In this document: piece after piece, positions 36,567-46,541 of the stretch
Layout: each line of letters starts with the position of its first letter
Numbering within the stretch: the first letter of the stretch is position 1
Position numbers and translations under genes: made by a program
The notes under the pieces: model-generated
The model's input: the letters and a program-made list of their open reading frames with translations, nothing else
Told to the model about the DNA's origin: nothing
The model's database searches: none
Assembly: GCA_004764695.1 (NCBI GenBank)
Contig: SMSO01000034.1
Span: 2,852,001 to 2,916,000, forward strand
Source: Schizochytrium sp. TIO01
Lineage: Eukaryota > Protista > Bigyra: Labyrinthulomycetes
Length of the DNA stretch: 64,000 nucleotides
Reading direction: 5' to 3'

Positions 36567-37481
36567 TTACATCTTACCCTTGGAGGGTTGACCGTAACGA
36601 GCCTGGGTGCGGAAGAGCAGACGCGGGTGGTTGCCATAACCTCCCATGGAGCGGTGGCAAACCTGTAGGTTGTCCCACATAAGGATATCTCCTTGCTCCC
36701 ACTGGTGCTCATAAGTGTATCCATTCTCACACATGTCAGCCCAGAGGTCCTCGTTGGGCTTCCAGTGCTCCTTGCGCTTCTGATCAAACAAGCCCTTGGG
36801 AGTGAATGGGCAGTACAGAGTCTCCTGGCCAGTAATAGGGTGAGGGTACACGCAGGGGAGTGTCACATCCGGAAGAAGCTCTTCTGGCTTTGCGTTCTTG
36901 AAGTCTGAGATCCATTTGCACGAGACAAGGCATGTGGAGTCGCGGAGACGCTGCTTCTCTTCGGCAGAGAACATGTCCGAGTGAAGTGCCATGGTTGTGT
37001 CCATGAATCCGGTGTTGCCACCGACAGGTGGAATGACCTTTGCGTGGAGCAAGTTCACAAGGCGATATCCAGGCATGCCCCAAAAGTTGCCATCGTGATG
37101 CCAGTACTCAGCAGCAGTGACGCGAGGAACAACACTGCCATCAACCTTGATGTTTCCAACACGAACAACCTCAGGGTGGCCAGGGTCGCGGTTATCAAAT
37201 GCAAAGCATGAAGGGAGAAGCGTGGGTTCTCCGAGACGAGCTGTGAGCTCCTTGAGTTCCGAAGGAGTGAGGTCTTGGCCCTTGACGCAGACAATACCGT
37301 GTTTCCAGAGTTTGTCTGCGACCTCTTTTTTGAAGCTGGCATCATCAAGCTCTAGAACGCTGCGTCCGTCAAGGTCAATCGCTGTGTATCTGTTCTTCAA
37401 GACGCCGTCCTTGGGTGTTGGGAACCTCATGGCCGGAGTCGGCATGTCATCTGCCTTGCTAGTCGCTGCGCTTGCAGACAT
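36567..37481 (-). CDS. TauD/TfdA-family 2OG-Fe(II) dioxygenase
   Basis: L..HGIV.V.GQDLT, WHHDG (HxD), PPVGGNTGF.D, HP.TG...LY, YEHQWEQGDILMWDN..V.HR, R.LFRT. Single exon. Confidence 0.93.
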   Translation of the reverse strand: MSASAATSKADDMPTPAMRFPTPKDGVLKNRYTAIDLDGRSVLELDDASFKKEVADKLWKHGIVCVKGQDLTPSELKELTARLGEPTLLPSCFAFDNRDPGHPEVVRVGNIKVDGSVVPRVTAAEYWHHDGNFWGMPGYRLVNLLHAKVIPPVGGNTGFMDTTMALHSDMFSAEEKQRLRDSTCLVSCKWISDFKNAKPEELLPDVTLPCVYPHPITGQETLYCPFTPKGLFDQKRKEHWKPNEDLWADMCENGYTYEHQWEQGDILMWDNLQVCHRSMGGYGNHPRLLFRTQARYGQPSKGKM

Positions 37482-38706
37482 TTTTGCAACTTTCCCCTGT
37501 GAATCTGCTATTGAGCTCTGCTACTGTTGTTGTTGTTGTTGCTGCAACTGCTGCTTCTGTTGCTTCTTGTCGAATCGACGACTTCGATTCTCGGAATTTG
37601 GGTTTGCCTTCCTTGACCTACTAGCGAAAGCAAAAGAGAAATAAAGAAACAGAGGAAGAATCTCCTCTCACTTTTCTTTTCAAAGAGAGAATGTAATGAC
37701 TTGGAGTGCCGCACTGTTACTGTTTCTCTTTAACTAAAACATTACCACAACACAACCTCGAAGTTGATATGTCCTCTCTCTTCTCCATCCTCATCGTTTT
37801 CTCGCTCTGCTGAAGCGCATTTCTTGCTAGTGTAAAGAGTAGCTAATTTACTAAGTCAATACTCTGTTGAGAACAATTCTCGCGAACAGAGCGAATGTTC
37901 CACCCTATTCCTCAATAACTCGTCTTTTATACTTATCGCTCCACGGGCTCTGAGGTTGAAGATAGAGGCGGTGCGGGCGGGACGGCTGCTGCTCTTGCCG
38001 CATCCAAGCGCCCGTCAGCAGGGGCAAGCAGGCCAAGCAAGCCACACCAAGGTTGACTCGGACTGCTCGGAGACGCATAAACTAAACTATCCCATAGTAC
38101 TCACTCCTCTCTTTCCTATACTCCACTTGCACCCGTATTCTCTACTTGCGCATACCGGTTTAACCCACTTACGCTCGCCCAAGCGAACAGGAGCCTCCCT
38201 TCGCTGTACGCTTTCCCACCGGACACCGCGTCATTAACAAACCCAATTCGAAATTGAATTACCTTTGTCTTGTAGAAAGCCACCGAAGGGGTGAAGGAGT
38301 TCGGCGCATGTCAGGGCGGAACACGCGTCAGGGGAGCCAATCGCGGCCTGTGGAGACACACCCCAAGTGTACCATTTCCCTGCGTTACCCTGTTGTGCAT
38401 CTCCGTATACAGTGAAGTAAAGTTGTATAGGTGGTTTACAGCTGCCGTATACTGCACTTGCAGGGCAGTGCAAGTGGAGAATCGAGGAAATGTCCTCCGC
38501 TGAGCTGCCCACTTCGCTATGTTTCATGATGAAGATTACCAATTTGGTAAACTTGCAGTGGAAGGAAGCATTTGTGAAGGATTGAAGTCTCGTGATGAAT
38601 AGCGCGAGCGTGACTATAAATATAAGTATGATTGCAGTGTCTGTGCTGAGTAGTGGTCACTTTCGAGGAGGAGGAGTGTCATACGCAGAGGGCCATGTGA
38701 ATAATG

Positions 38707-38750
38707 AGAAGAAGAAGAAGAAGAAGAAGAAGATGATGATGATGATGATG
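38707..38750. repeat. Compound (GAA)n(GAT)n microsatellite
   Basis: Seen directly in the sequence. Confidence 0.9.
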
Positions 38751-39275
38751 ACGTGTGATTCTCTTTCTGGTTCTGGACAAGGGCGACCTGGATGGGAAGG
38801 GGGGAACAAGGCTTAGCGAAACTGCCTTCTACACTGCAATGCACCCGTATCCTCCGCCGCACGTTGCCGCCGTATCCGCAAGAATCCTCCTCGAGGTAGG
38901 GTGCACGCAGCAGCCATACCTACTCGCGACGAGGCAGTAGGTGTTGCGGCACTGCGTCACCACGAGCGCCTTGGCGGCACAGCACAAAGGCCCCTGACCC
39001 TGTCTACGGAACCCGTTGCTGCTGTGCTGTACCTCTCTCGGGCGACCACCGAGAACGAACGATGGGGGTTGGCTGATTGATCGATTGATGGTACCCATGC
39101 GAGGCTGCATCGACGTGAGGCCTCTGCTGCCGCACTTCAGGGTTGGAGGATCGATCGCTCGCACGCGGGGCTTTGGCTCTCTCTGCTGCAGTCAGTGCCT
39201 GAGCATCTGGTGGGCTCTTGGACTCCAAAGATCGCGGTTCCTGCCGCGTCCTCTTCCTCGAGATTCCTACCGGAA

Positions 39276-41500
39276 ATGAAACGTCTCCGGCGCCTGCTCG
39301 GAGACAATGGCCCTGCCGCAGCGGCGACGACGGCGGAGGCGAGGCGCCTGCCTTCCCAGCCAGAGTCCGGCTCTCCGCAGCAGGCAGACGCTGCTGTAAG
39401 GAGGCTTCTTGTCGAGGTGGCCAATGCGCAGAGATCGCAAGAACGGGCATATTTCAAAAACATGCTGCTCGTTGAGCTAGCTCGTTGAGCTCGTTGAGCT
39501 CGTTGAACTCGCTGAAGTCCTCGAGGATGCCGAGGCACAGCAGGCCGCGAGCGAGGGTCAATACGAGGCCGGGCGAGGGCTGAAGTGGTCCTTGGCACGC
39601 CGCTGTCGCGCCGCCGTGAGTCTCTGGAGCGTCTCTCTTCTTGGCTTCTTGTTATGTTATCTTTCTGCCAAGTGAGAGGGAGAGAGAGCGCCCAGTCAGT
39701 CCTGCACTTTGCATGTTCCTTTCGTGAAGCAAGCAAGCAAGCTCTTTCCGATGGCTCCGTGACCAAACTCTGCGCTGGCCGACTCCAGGAGAGAGACGCC
39801 GCCTCCGCGGGCCCAGCTTCTCGCGAGCTGCTCTGGCGTCGCGAGCGCGTCGTGGTCTTCTGCAAAGATCATCCGCCCTCTCCGGTTTTGAATCTCTGGA
39901 GATAGATATTTCGGCAGCACATTCTTTCTGCCTATCATGGGTCACCATAAGGCCTGATTATGGAAAACTGTAGGAGCGAGCTTTTGAATTTCTTTTTATT
40001 TTTAAAATCTTTCTTCTTTCTTTCTTCGAAATTAAATAATAATAATAATAATAAAAATCATGTTTTGTTTTGTTTTGTTTTGAATTATTTTGAATTGGTT
40101 TTATGATTAAAAACTTAAGTAAAAAAATGAATTTGAACTCTCAAGTTAAGTTGTGTGAGTTTGTTTCTTTCCAATGGAAAGAAAGGACAGTTCAACAGCT
40201 TGGAGCTCTCGGCTGTGCACATGCACTACAACAGCTCGAAAGTTTGCCAAGTCTGTCGAGCGAAGTAAAACGGGCATGGTTCCCGACGAAGTTCCCTGGC
40301 ATCAAGTAGACCCGCTGCTCAGTCGCGTCGCAACATCTTCCGCCCATGCCCATCAAGCAGACTGTCGAGACGAAGGTGCAAAGGAGACCTCTCTGTGCAC
40401 CTCTAGAGAGAACCTAGCAAATCTGGCTTGACATGAACCTGAGACTCGGATCGAAGATCGTAAAAGCGGAAGGGAGCTTCTACTCCCTCGAGGCATGGAT
40501 GCAACACGCCCCGACTTCAGGTTTTAGAGGCAGCCAGTCAGATCTCTGGAGTTTAGAATGCTGGACATCCATTGATATCGTCGGGTTAGACGGCAAAAGC
40601 GCTTGCGGTTATGAATGCCAATGCACGGCCGAATCAGTAACGCACAAGTGAAAGAAACACAGGGGATCAATGTCGAAGAACGTGCATGGCTCGCTTTAGC
40701 ATGTGCAGGCGAAAGGGTGCCTAGGCAGGTGCTTACGGAGACCATGATGGTGTCGAAAGGCACCTTCAAGTTTGCGAGAGGGACCTGCGGCAATCGATCG
40801 AGGTAACGTTTTTGTAAGCATGTGGGACCGTTCCCGTGGAAGCTATGGGCGGAACATCGGCCTCGCCTGGGCGTGTGTGCAGTCTGCGGCATACTGCGAG
40901 GCAGGTTGCTGTGCAGAAATCCCGATGCATGTAATGTACACTGCGGATGAATGAGTAAGTTGCGATGCCTGAGGTCGAACCAAGATCGAACCAAAAGAAC
41001 ATGACATACTCATGAGCGGGCCCTCGAGCCTTGTGCAGACGGACCTGCATGGCATGGGTGGATGCTCTCCAATCTCGCCCCAGCCTGCAATGTCTTGGAA
41101 TTCACCATGCGGGTGATCTTCTTCGCGATTCCAGCTTTACCGAAGAGCGCATGGATGAGCTTGGCGCCATGCAAACTGTCGATAGTCCAAACCCAGCACC
41201 TCTCGAGCAGCTTGGTGGCGACCGGCTTCGATAATCACCACCAGCTTTTCCACTGGAACGAGCTCCAGAGCGCCAAATGCCAATACGGGTGAGGCTTTCC
41301 GGCATACGTGCAGCCGCTGTCGCCCCGGGGTCTCGACGGCATTCTCTACTCCGCGCTCTGTCAGGTGGCTGCCCAAGTGTAGATCCCGCCCACGAAGACG
41401 AGGTAAGTCAGCCCAAGCCAAGCCAAAGATAGAGCACCTCGAGAAGAACCTCGTGCGTGACTGCCATGAGCCTCTCGCCGCCGGAGAGACACTTTTCACG
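39276..41500 (+). pseudogene. Probable decayed gene(s): GC-rich coding-like fragments interrupted by stops and frameshifts
   Basis: Short plus-strand ORFs with protein-like text (MKRLRRLLGD...; ...PSPVLNLWR; ...LQSRPSLQCLGI...) broken by stops and by a 9-bp tandem repeat. Family not identified. Confidence 0.3.
39467..39515. repeat. 9-bp tandem repeat GCTCGTTGA (4 exact copies plus 1 degenerate)
   Basis: Seen directly; supplies the TGA ending the 39276 ORF. Confidence 0.85.
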
Positions 41501-41873
41501 AGCGGAGCAGAGCCAAGGCCAGCCCCGCCTTGGCCGGGCCGAGGCGGCTTCGCGGACCCGCCCGCGACGCCATCCAGGCCGGCAACGAAGAGCCTGGCGC
41601 CGAGGGCTCGAAGAAGGGCTCTTCGCCAACAGAGTTCTGCGTGGAATTCGTCCCATCCATCGCGGCTCAAATGTGATAATCTCTCTCTCTCTCTCTCTCC
41701 GAATCAAAGAAAATTCAAATTAGCCATGAAAAGAGAAACATGTTTTCCTTTTCAAATTTTCAAATTTTCAAAATTTACAACTCGAACAATAAGAACTTGA
41801 AAATCGAGTGAAAAACGATTTTTATTGATTTTTTAATTTTTGTTTTTTTAAATAAATTAAAAAGTAATACCTC

Positions 41874-41911
41874 TTGTTGTTGTTGTTGTTGTTGTTGCTG
41901 TTGTTGTTGTT
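41874..41911. repeat. (TTG)n microsatellite
   Basis: Seen directly in the sequence. Confidence 0.9.
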
Positions 41912-42696
41912 GAATTTAGCCTGAAAGCTTTGCCGGAACTGGAGAAGCGCAGACAAAGCTAATGCAATCGTGGATCCATATCGAAGAGGCAGCTTGGCCG
42001 TTTCAAAACCTCGTTACCAGAGGCGGCTTTGGGGCACTGCTGTCTTTATTCGCACACACACATCAAGGCGCCCGGGCGTGCATGCCGCGAGTTTTAGTCC
42101 CCTCTCACGAACACTGTTCCTTCCTACGTCGCGCAATAGAGAACCGGCGGCAGTGAGGCTGTGAGGGCGCTTCTCAAGACCGCGGGAATTGAAGAGAAAC
42201 CCCAGCAAAACCCACACAAATGCACCCCAGTGGGTTCAAGAGGGTTGAAGGGTTGATGCTCTCCTCGGCGCTCCACTATAAATCTTGTCCTCGGTACGCC
42301 CAAAGGGTGTCCGTCTAAGCAGGTGCCACGGGGTCGGTTTTCCTCCCGCAGCCTGCCTGCTGTGCGTCACTGCTCCTTTTCAGAGAGAACGACGGTACAG
42401 CGATGTATGTATAGAGACAGAGAGGGATGACGCAAGCGTAGGACGCAGCTAGCGCTGCAGTAGGAGTGTTCCCTGGAGTGCGGGAGGCGCTCTGGTCACG
42501 CACAATGGTCTGCTGCCGTTTTGCGATAGCGATATATGTATATATAGAGAGAGAGCAACTGAAGGACTTAATGAAAGCTCGAAGTGAGGGGGAGAACTCG
42601 AGAGAAGGCTCCTCTGAGAAAGCCTAAAATTGGTCGCCTGTGGGTTAAAAGCGCCGGTTTGGCGAAATGCAGTCGAAGCTTCGAAGGGCTTAAGTT

Positions 42697-42727
42697 CTTT
42701 TCCTTTCTTTCCTTTCTTTCTTTCTTT

Positions 42728-42775
<48 letters not shown>
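42697..42775. repeat. (CTTT)n microsatellite
   Basis: Seen directly in the sequence. Confidence 0.9.
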
Positions 42776-42920
42776 GGGTGCTTGGAAAAATGACTGAGAA
42801 GCTGAAAGCGCCGTCGTTTTCTAAGAAACTGGAGGCACAGAAGGCGAGAAGGAGAGAAGAGCAAGTGAAAGAGACCTGTGACCACGAACTATTATGAGGC
42901 GCGCGATGCAGCGCTGTGAG

Positions 42921-43043
42921 GTAGCGAGTTACCACTTTGCACTCTCTACGTCGTGCTTTGTGTTTTTAATTTGTTTTATCTTGGTTCTTCTTGTCTGTGT
43001 TTCTTTCTTTCTTTCTTTCTTTCTTACTTTTTTTTTTTTTCAG
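42921..43043 (+). other. Probable 5'-UTR intron of the guanine deaminase transcript
   Basis: GAG|GTAGCG donor, long pyrimidine/poly-T tract ending TTTTCAG| at 43043. Confidence 0.5.
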
Positions 43044-43175
43044 GAGTAGGCGGTAGGACTTTGAATAATTTTCAAGTTCTTCTTCTCTTTGAAGTTCTTT
43101 CTCCTTCCTGTGACCAATTTGATTAGTCCTCAGTATGCTACTGATAGATAGACAGATAGCTAGATAGAAAGATAA

Positions 43176-43183
<8 letters not shown>

Positions 43184-43219
<36 letters not shown>
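43184..43219. repeat. (AG)n microsatellite
   Basis: Seen directly in the sequence. Confidence 0.9.
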
Positions 43220-43221
<2 letters not shown>

Positions 43222-43389
43222 CTGTGGGGTCGATGAGGCGTAGTTGGAGATCAGTAGGAATGACTATTGATTTTGAAAGAAACTGAGCACAGCAGAGATT
43301 GGTCGAAAGCCTCAGCAGCAGAAACCAATCGCTGCTGAGCCCGTGTTTGGAAGCGCGAAAGCGTAGTTTTGGAGAATCCACGAGCCAAG

Positions 43390-44595
43390 ATGACCACGGA
43401 AGAGTTTGACGGCGAGGCGCTCGCGAGAGACTCCTTCATGCAGGCTGCGGCAGCTTCTGCGATGGCCGGCGTGGCGCTTAAGCAAGGCGGTCCCTTCGGT
43501 GCCTGCGTTGTGCGCAATGGCATCATCATCTCGTGTGCGCACAACACCGTGCTCAGTGACCGCGACCCGACTTGCCACGCCGAGATGAATGCAATTCGCG
43601 ACGCCTGCAGAGCACTTGACACGCACGACCTCAGTGACTGCGAACTCTTTACCACCTGTGAGCCGTGCCCTCAGTGCCTTGGCGCCATCCAGTGGAGCCG
43701 TCTCAAGAAGACCTACACCGGCGTCGACCGCTTCACCGCCGCCGAATTTGGCTTCGATGACAAGGTATTCTACGATGAAATTAGCGCACAATCAGGACAC
43801 TGGGCAGTCAAGCTTGGCCAGACCATGCCCAACGTGCAGCCCTCCATGCTCAATGTCTACTTTGGCGTCGAGATGGAGCGTGTCGGCAAGCTCCTCGTTG
43901 ACCTTGATCTCAACAAGACCTACCGCCGCCGTGTCGGACACAAGGAACTTGGCTTCCACGACTCTGGTGAGCGATTTGGCAAGGATGTCATTGGTATCAT
44001 GGCACGCGAGTCCGAATCCAATTCTAACTCTGGTGCAGAGCAGTCTGATGACGAATCATCCACAGATCTCTCAGCTGAGGAGAACCGCGCTCACGAGGGC
44101 CCCAATAAAGATGTCAGCAAGTATTTTGATGTCCTTGAGGAGGCCCTTCGCGAAGCAGTGCGCAACGGTAAGAACAAGGAACGTGAGGTTTTCGCCTCGT
44201 GCATTGTCAAGGACGATCAGATTATCTCAGTCGCTGTTAATGAGGTCTTAAGACGCCGGGACTGCACAGCTACCAGTGAGGTTCTGGCAATTCGCAAGGC
44301 TACTCGAAAGCTCAAGACACATGATCTTCACGGATGCCAAATGTATTCTACTATGGAGCCCTGCCTTATGTCGCTTGGCGCAGTACTCTGGAGTCGTATC
44401 GACAGCCTCTACTACGGCCTGAGCCAGCACGCCGCCGCACGCCATGGCTTTGAGGAGGGCCTCCTTCACTACCGTGAAGTTTTCACCCACCCTGACACCA
44501 TGAGGGAGGTTATCAACATGGAGACAGGTGTGGCCTCTGAGGCATGCAGCAACGTCTTCAAACGCTGGCAAAAGATCAATGGCATCATCTACTGA
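43390..44595 (+). CDS. Guanine deaminase of the cytidine-deaminase fold (GuaD type), with two tandem deaminase domains
   Basis: Domain 1: GGPFGA, HN.V....DPTCHAE, CEPCPQCLGAIQW, GFDD. Domain 2: F.SCIVK, N.VL...D.TATSE, EPCLMSLGAVLW, GFEE. C-terminal Tyr. First ATG at 43390. Confidence 0.88.
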   Translation: MTTEEFDGEALARDSFMQAAAASAMAGVALKQGGPFGACVVRNGIIISCAHNTVLSDRDPTCHAEMNAIRDACRALDTHDLSDCELFTTCEPCPQCLGAIQWSRLKKTYTGVDRFTAAEFGFDDKVFYDEISAQSGHWAVKLGQTMPNVQPSMLNVYFGVEMERVGKLLVDLDLNKTYRRRVGHKELGFHDSGERFGKDVIGIMARESESNSNSGAEQSDDESSTDLSAEENRAHEGPNKDVSKYFDVLEEALREAVRNGKNKEREVFASCIVKDDQIISVAVNEVLRRRDCTATSEVLAIRKATRKLKTHDLHGCQMYSTMEPCLMSLGAVLWSRIDSLYYGLSQHAAARHGFEEGLLHYREVFTHPDTMREVINMETGVASEACSNVFKRWQKINGIIY

Positions 44596-45796
44596 TGGGA
44601 AAAGAAGATGACTTATTGCCAGCAAGAAGATACCAACTTTTTTGGCCTTTAAGAAAAAGAGGTAGTGTAGGGCCTTCCTTTTAAGTTTTGTGTCTTTTCT
44701 GCAGATTGCTTGCGCAGTGTGTTCTCGCGCAACCATTTCTTTACATCCACTTCCTCTTTCAACATTTACTCACTTGTTACATATTAGTATAGTACAAACC
44801 ACCCCTTTATTGCAGAAGCTTCAGCCAACCGACTTTGTTTGGCTTAGTATTCCATTATAAGAGGGGTTATCCTTTGTCGTACAAGACATCGGGCAAGGGC
44901 GGCACAAGCCATGGAAACAACCCGCGGTTTTCGAATGAACCGAGTCCAAGATTCGCTCAACAGGTGGACACTTTTGACATTTACTTTCTCCCCAAATGAT
45001 ATATCCTTTCCAAAAGAACAAGAAAGCACACAAAAACAGACGTAGAGGTGCGTCATTAAAATCATTAGAAGAGGGAGAAGCAAATATCAATTATGTCACC
45101 CCTGTAGCGTGACTACACTTGGGCTTACAATGCCACACGATTTTTGATGTTGAATCCACGCTTACAACGGTAAGCAGGGCTTTCTTTAATTGAAAGACAT
45201 GTCAACAGTCGTAGCTATATATTGTAGTGTTAGGCTGCATCTTTAACCAAATTTACCACCGATCAGGGCGGCCATGTCAGCTTGTGTAACAACCCGCGAT
45301 GAATAACATTGAATATCCATCTTATCTTAACCCTTTTACTTTTTCTTCTCAGTTCTGTCTCGCATTCTGAAATATCTTTTATTGTAAACAAGACAGTAAT
45401 GATGACTTGTTTCACTAGGGTCAGTAGGCTGGTTTTCTCACTGTATCTAGCTTGTCTCACCTGGATATCAACCTTCTTTGAAAACGAAAAATTATACTGA
45501 GTAGATCTTGCTCTTTTGCATGTATACAGATAGGCCTATATATATATATTTACTTTATTTTTTATGAATCAAAATCAATCTATAGAGAAAATTGCAACTG
45601 CTGCTGGAGAACATGTGCTTTACTTGCTATGATGGACCTCTTCTGAAATCTTCCGCCCTTGCTATTTGCCATATCCCCTAAGACTTCAAGCTTACTGCAG
45701 CAACCTAAATCTTGTGAATAATATCACTCAGCTCACGTGCTGCTGATTAGCTAAGTCAACTTTTATGCAATGTCAAGTCTCAAATCGCACAGAGTT

Positions 45797-46168
45797 CTAT
45801 GATCCACGGTAAGTCATCTGGCCGTACGGGCTAATAAGAAGCGGAACGTGATAGTGTGCTGAGGGGTCTTCAATCTCAAAAACAATTTTGACATAAGGGT
45901 AAAAGCATTTGCGCCCTTGAGCTTTGAAGTATGCCGCTGTATCGAAGTGAATCTCGTATACGTGGCCTGCTTCAAGGGCAGAATCCTTGAGCAGCGGTGA
46001 GTTCAAGCGTCCATCGGAGTTGGTCACCTGGGTCGCTACCAGATCCCACTCAAAGCTCCCATCCTCTTTTTCCCCAATCTTTCGAGACAGCTTCAAACTC
46101 AGGCCAGAGGCAGGTTGTCCAGTCGAGGTGTCCAATATGTGAGTCGTGATAGGGTTCGGGTCCGCCAT
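45797..46168 (-). CDS. uraH: 5-hydroxyisourate hydrolase (transthyretin-like protein)
   Basis: ITTHILDTSTGQPA, TNSDGR, F.T..YF, FYPYV.I.F, HYHVPLLISPYG and the diagnostic C-terminal YRGS. ATG at 46168. Confidence 0.95.
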   Translation of the reverse strand: MADPNPITTHILDTSTGQPASGLSLKLSRKIGEKEDGSFEWDLVATQVTNSDGRLNSPLLKDSALEAGHVYEIHFDTAAYFKAQGRKCFYPYVKIVFEIEDPSAHYHVPLLISPYGQMTYRGS

Positions 46169-46541
46169 GGTCTGCTCGATGATCACCTATCAAAGTATCC
46201 CTTGGTCTCACAGAATTCACGCTTAAGTTAAGATTCTGCCAGGGGGCTTCATTTCCTTTTCCTTCGTTGAATCCTTCTTTCAGTTCTCTCCCAATTCTAA
46301 TTCCACCCTCTGTTCCGTGAGTGCCAGATGTTCCACAAGTTCAAATTGTACCGGTGATTAAAATTAAAACACGCTAGGTATTACCAGACATCAAGAATCA
46401 TGCAGCACTCATTGTTCTATACCGAACAGGCCTCAGCTTAGAAGGCCATGCAAGAACCTACCGTGTGTAAGAACTGGGCTTTGTAAGGTCACGGACAAGG
46501 GAGTTTGGGAAAGCTCTCAGGTTATTTGATAGAGAAGAAAA

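Noticed and set aside
38280-38530. Possible RNase P/MRP RNA (GAGGAAATGTCC resembles CR-I)
   Set aside because: No matching CR-V/P4 partner found; the similarity is too short.
42270-42400. Possible Pol III ncRNA or riboswitch after a TATA-like box
   Set aside because: No recognisable snRNA, TPP, cobalamin or purine aptamer consensus.
42568-42935. ORFs with KKER/FLSF repeats
   Set aside because: Translations of the (CTTT)n microsatellite.
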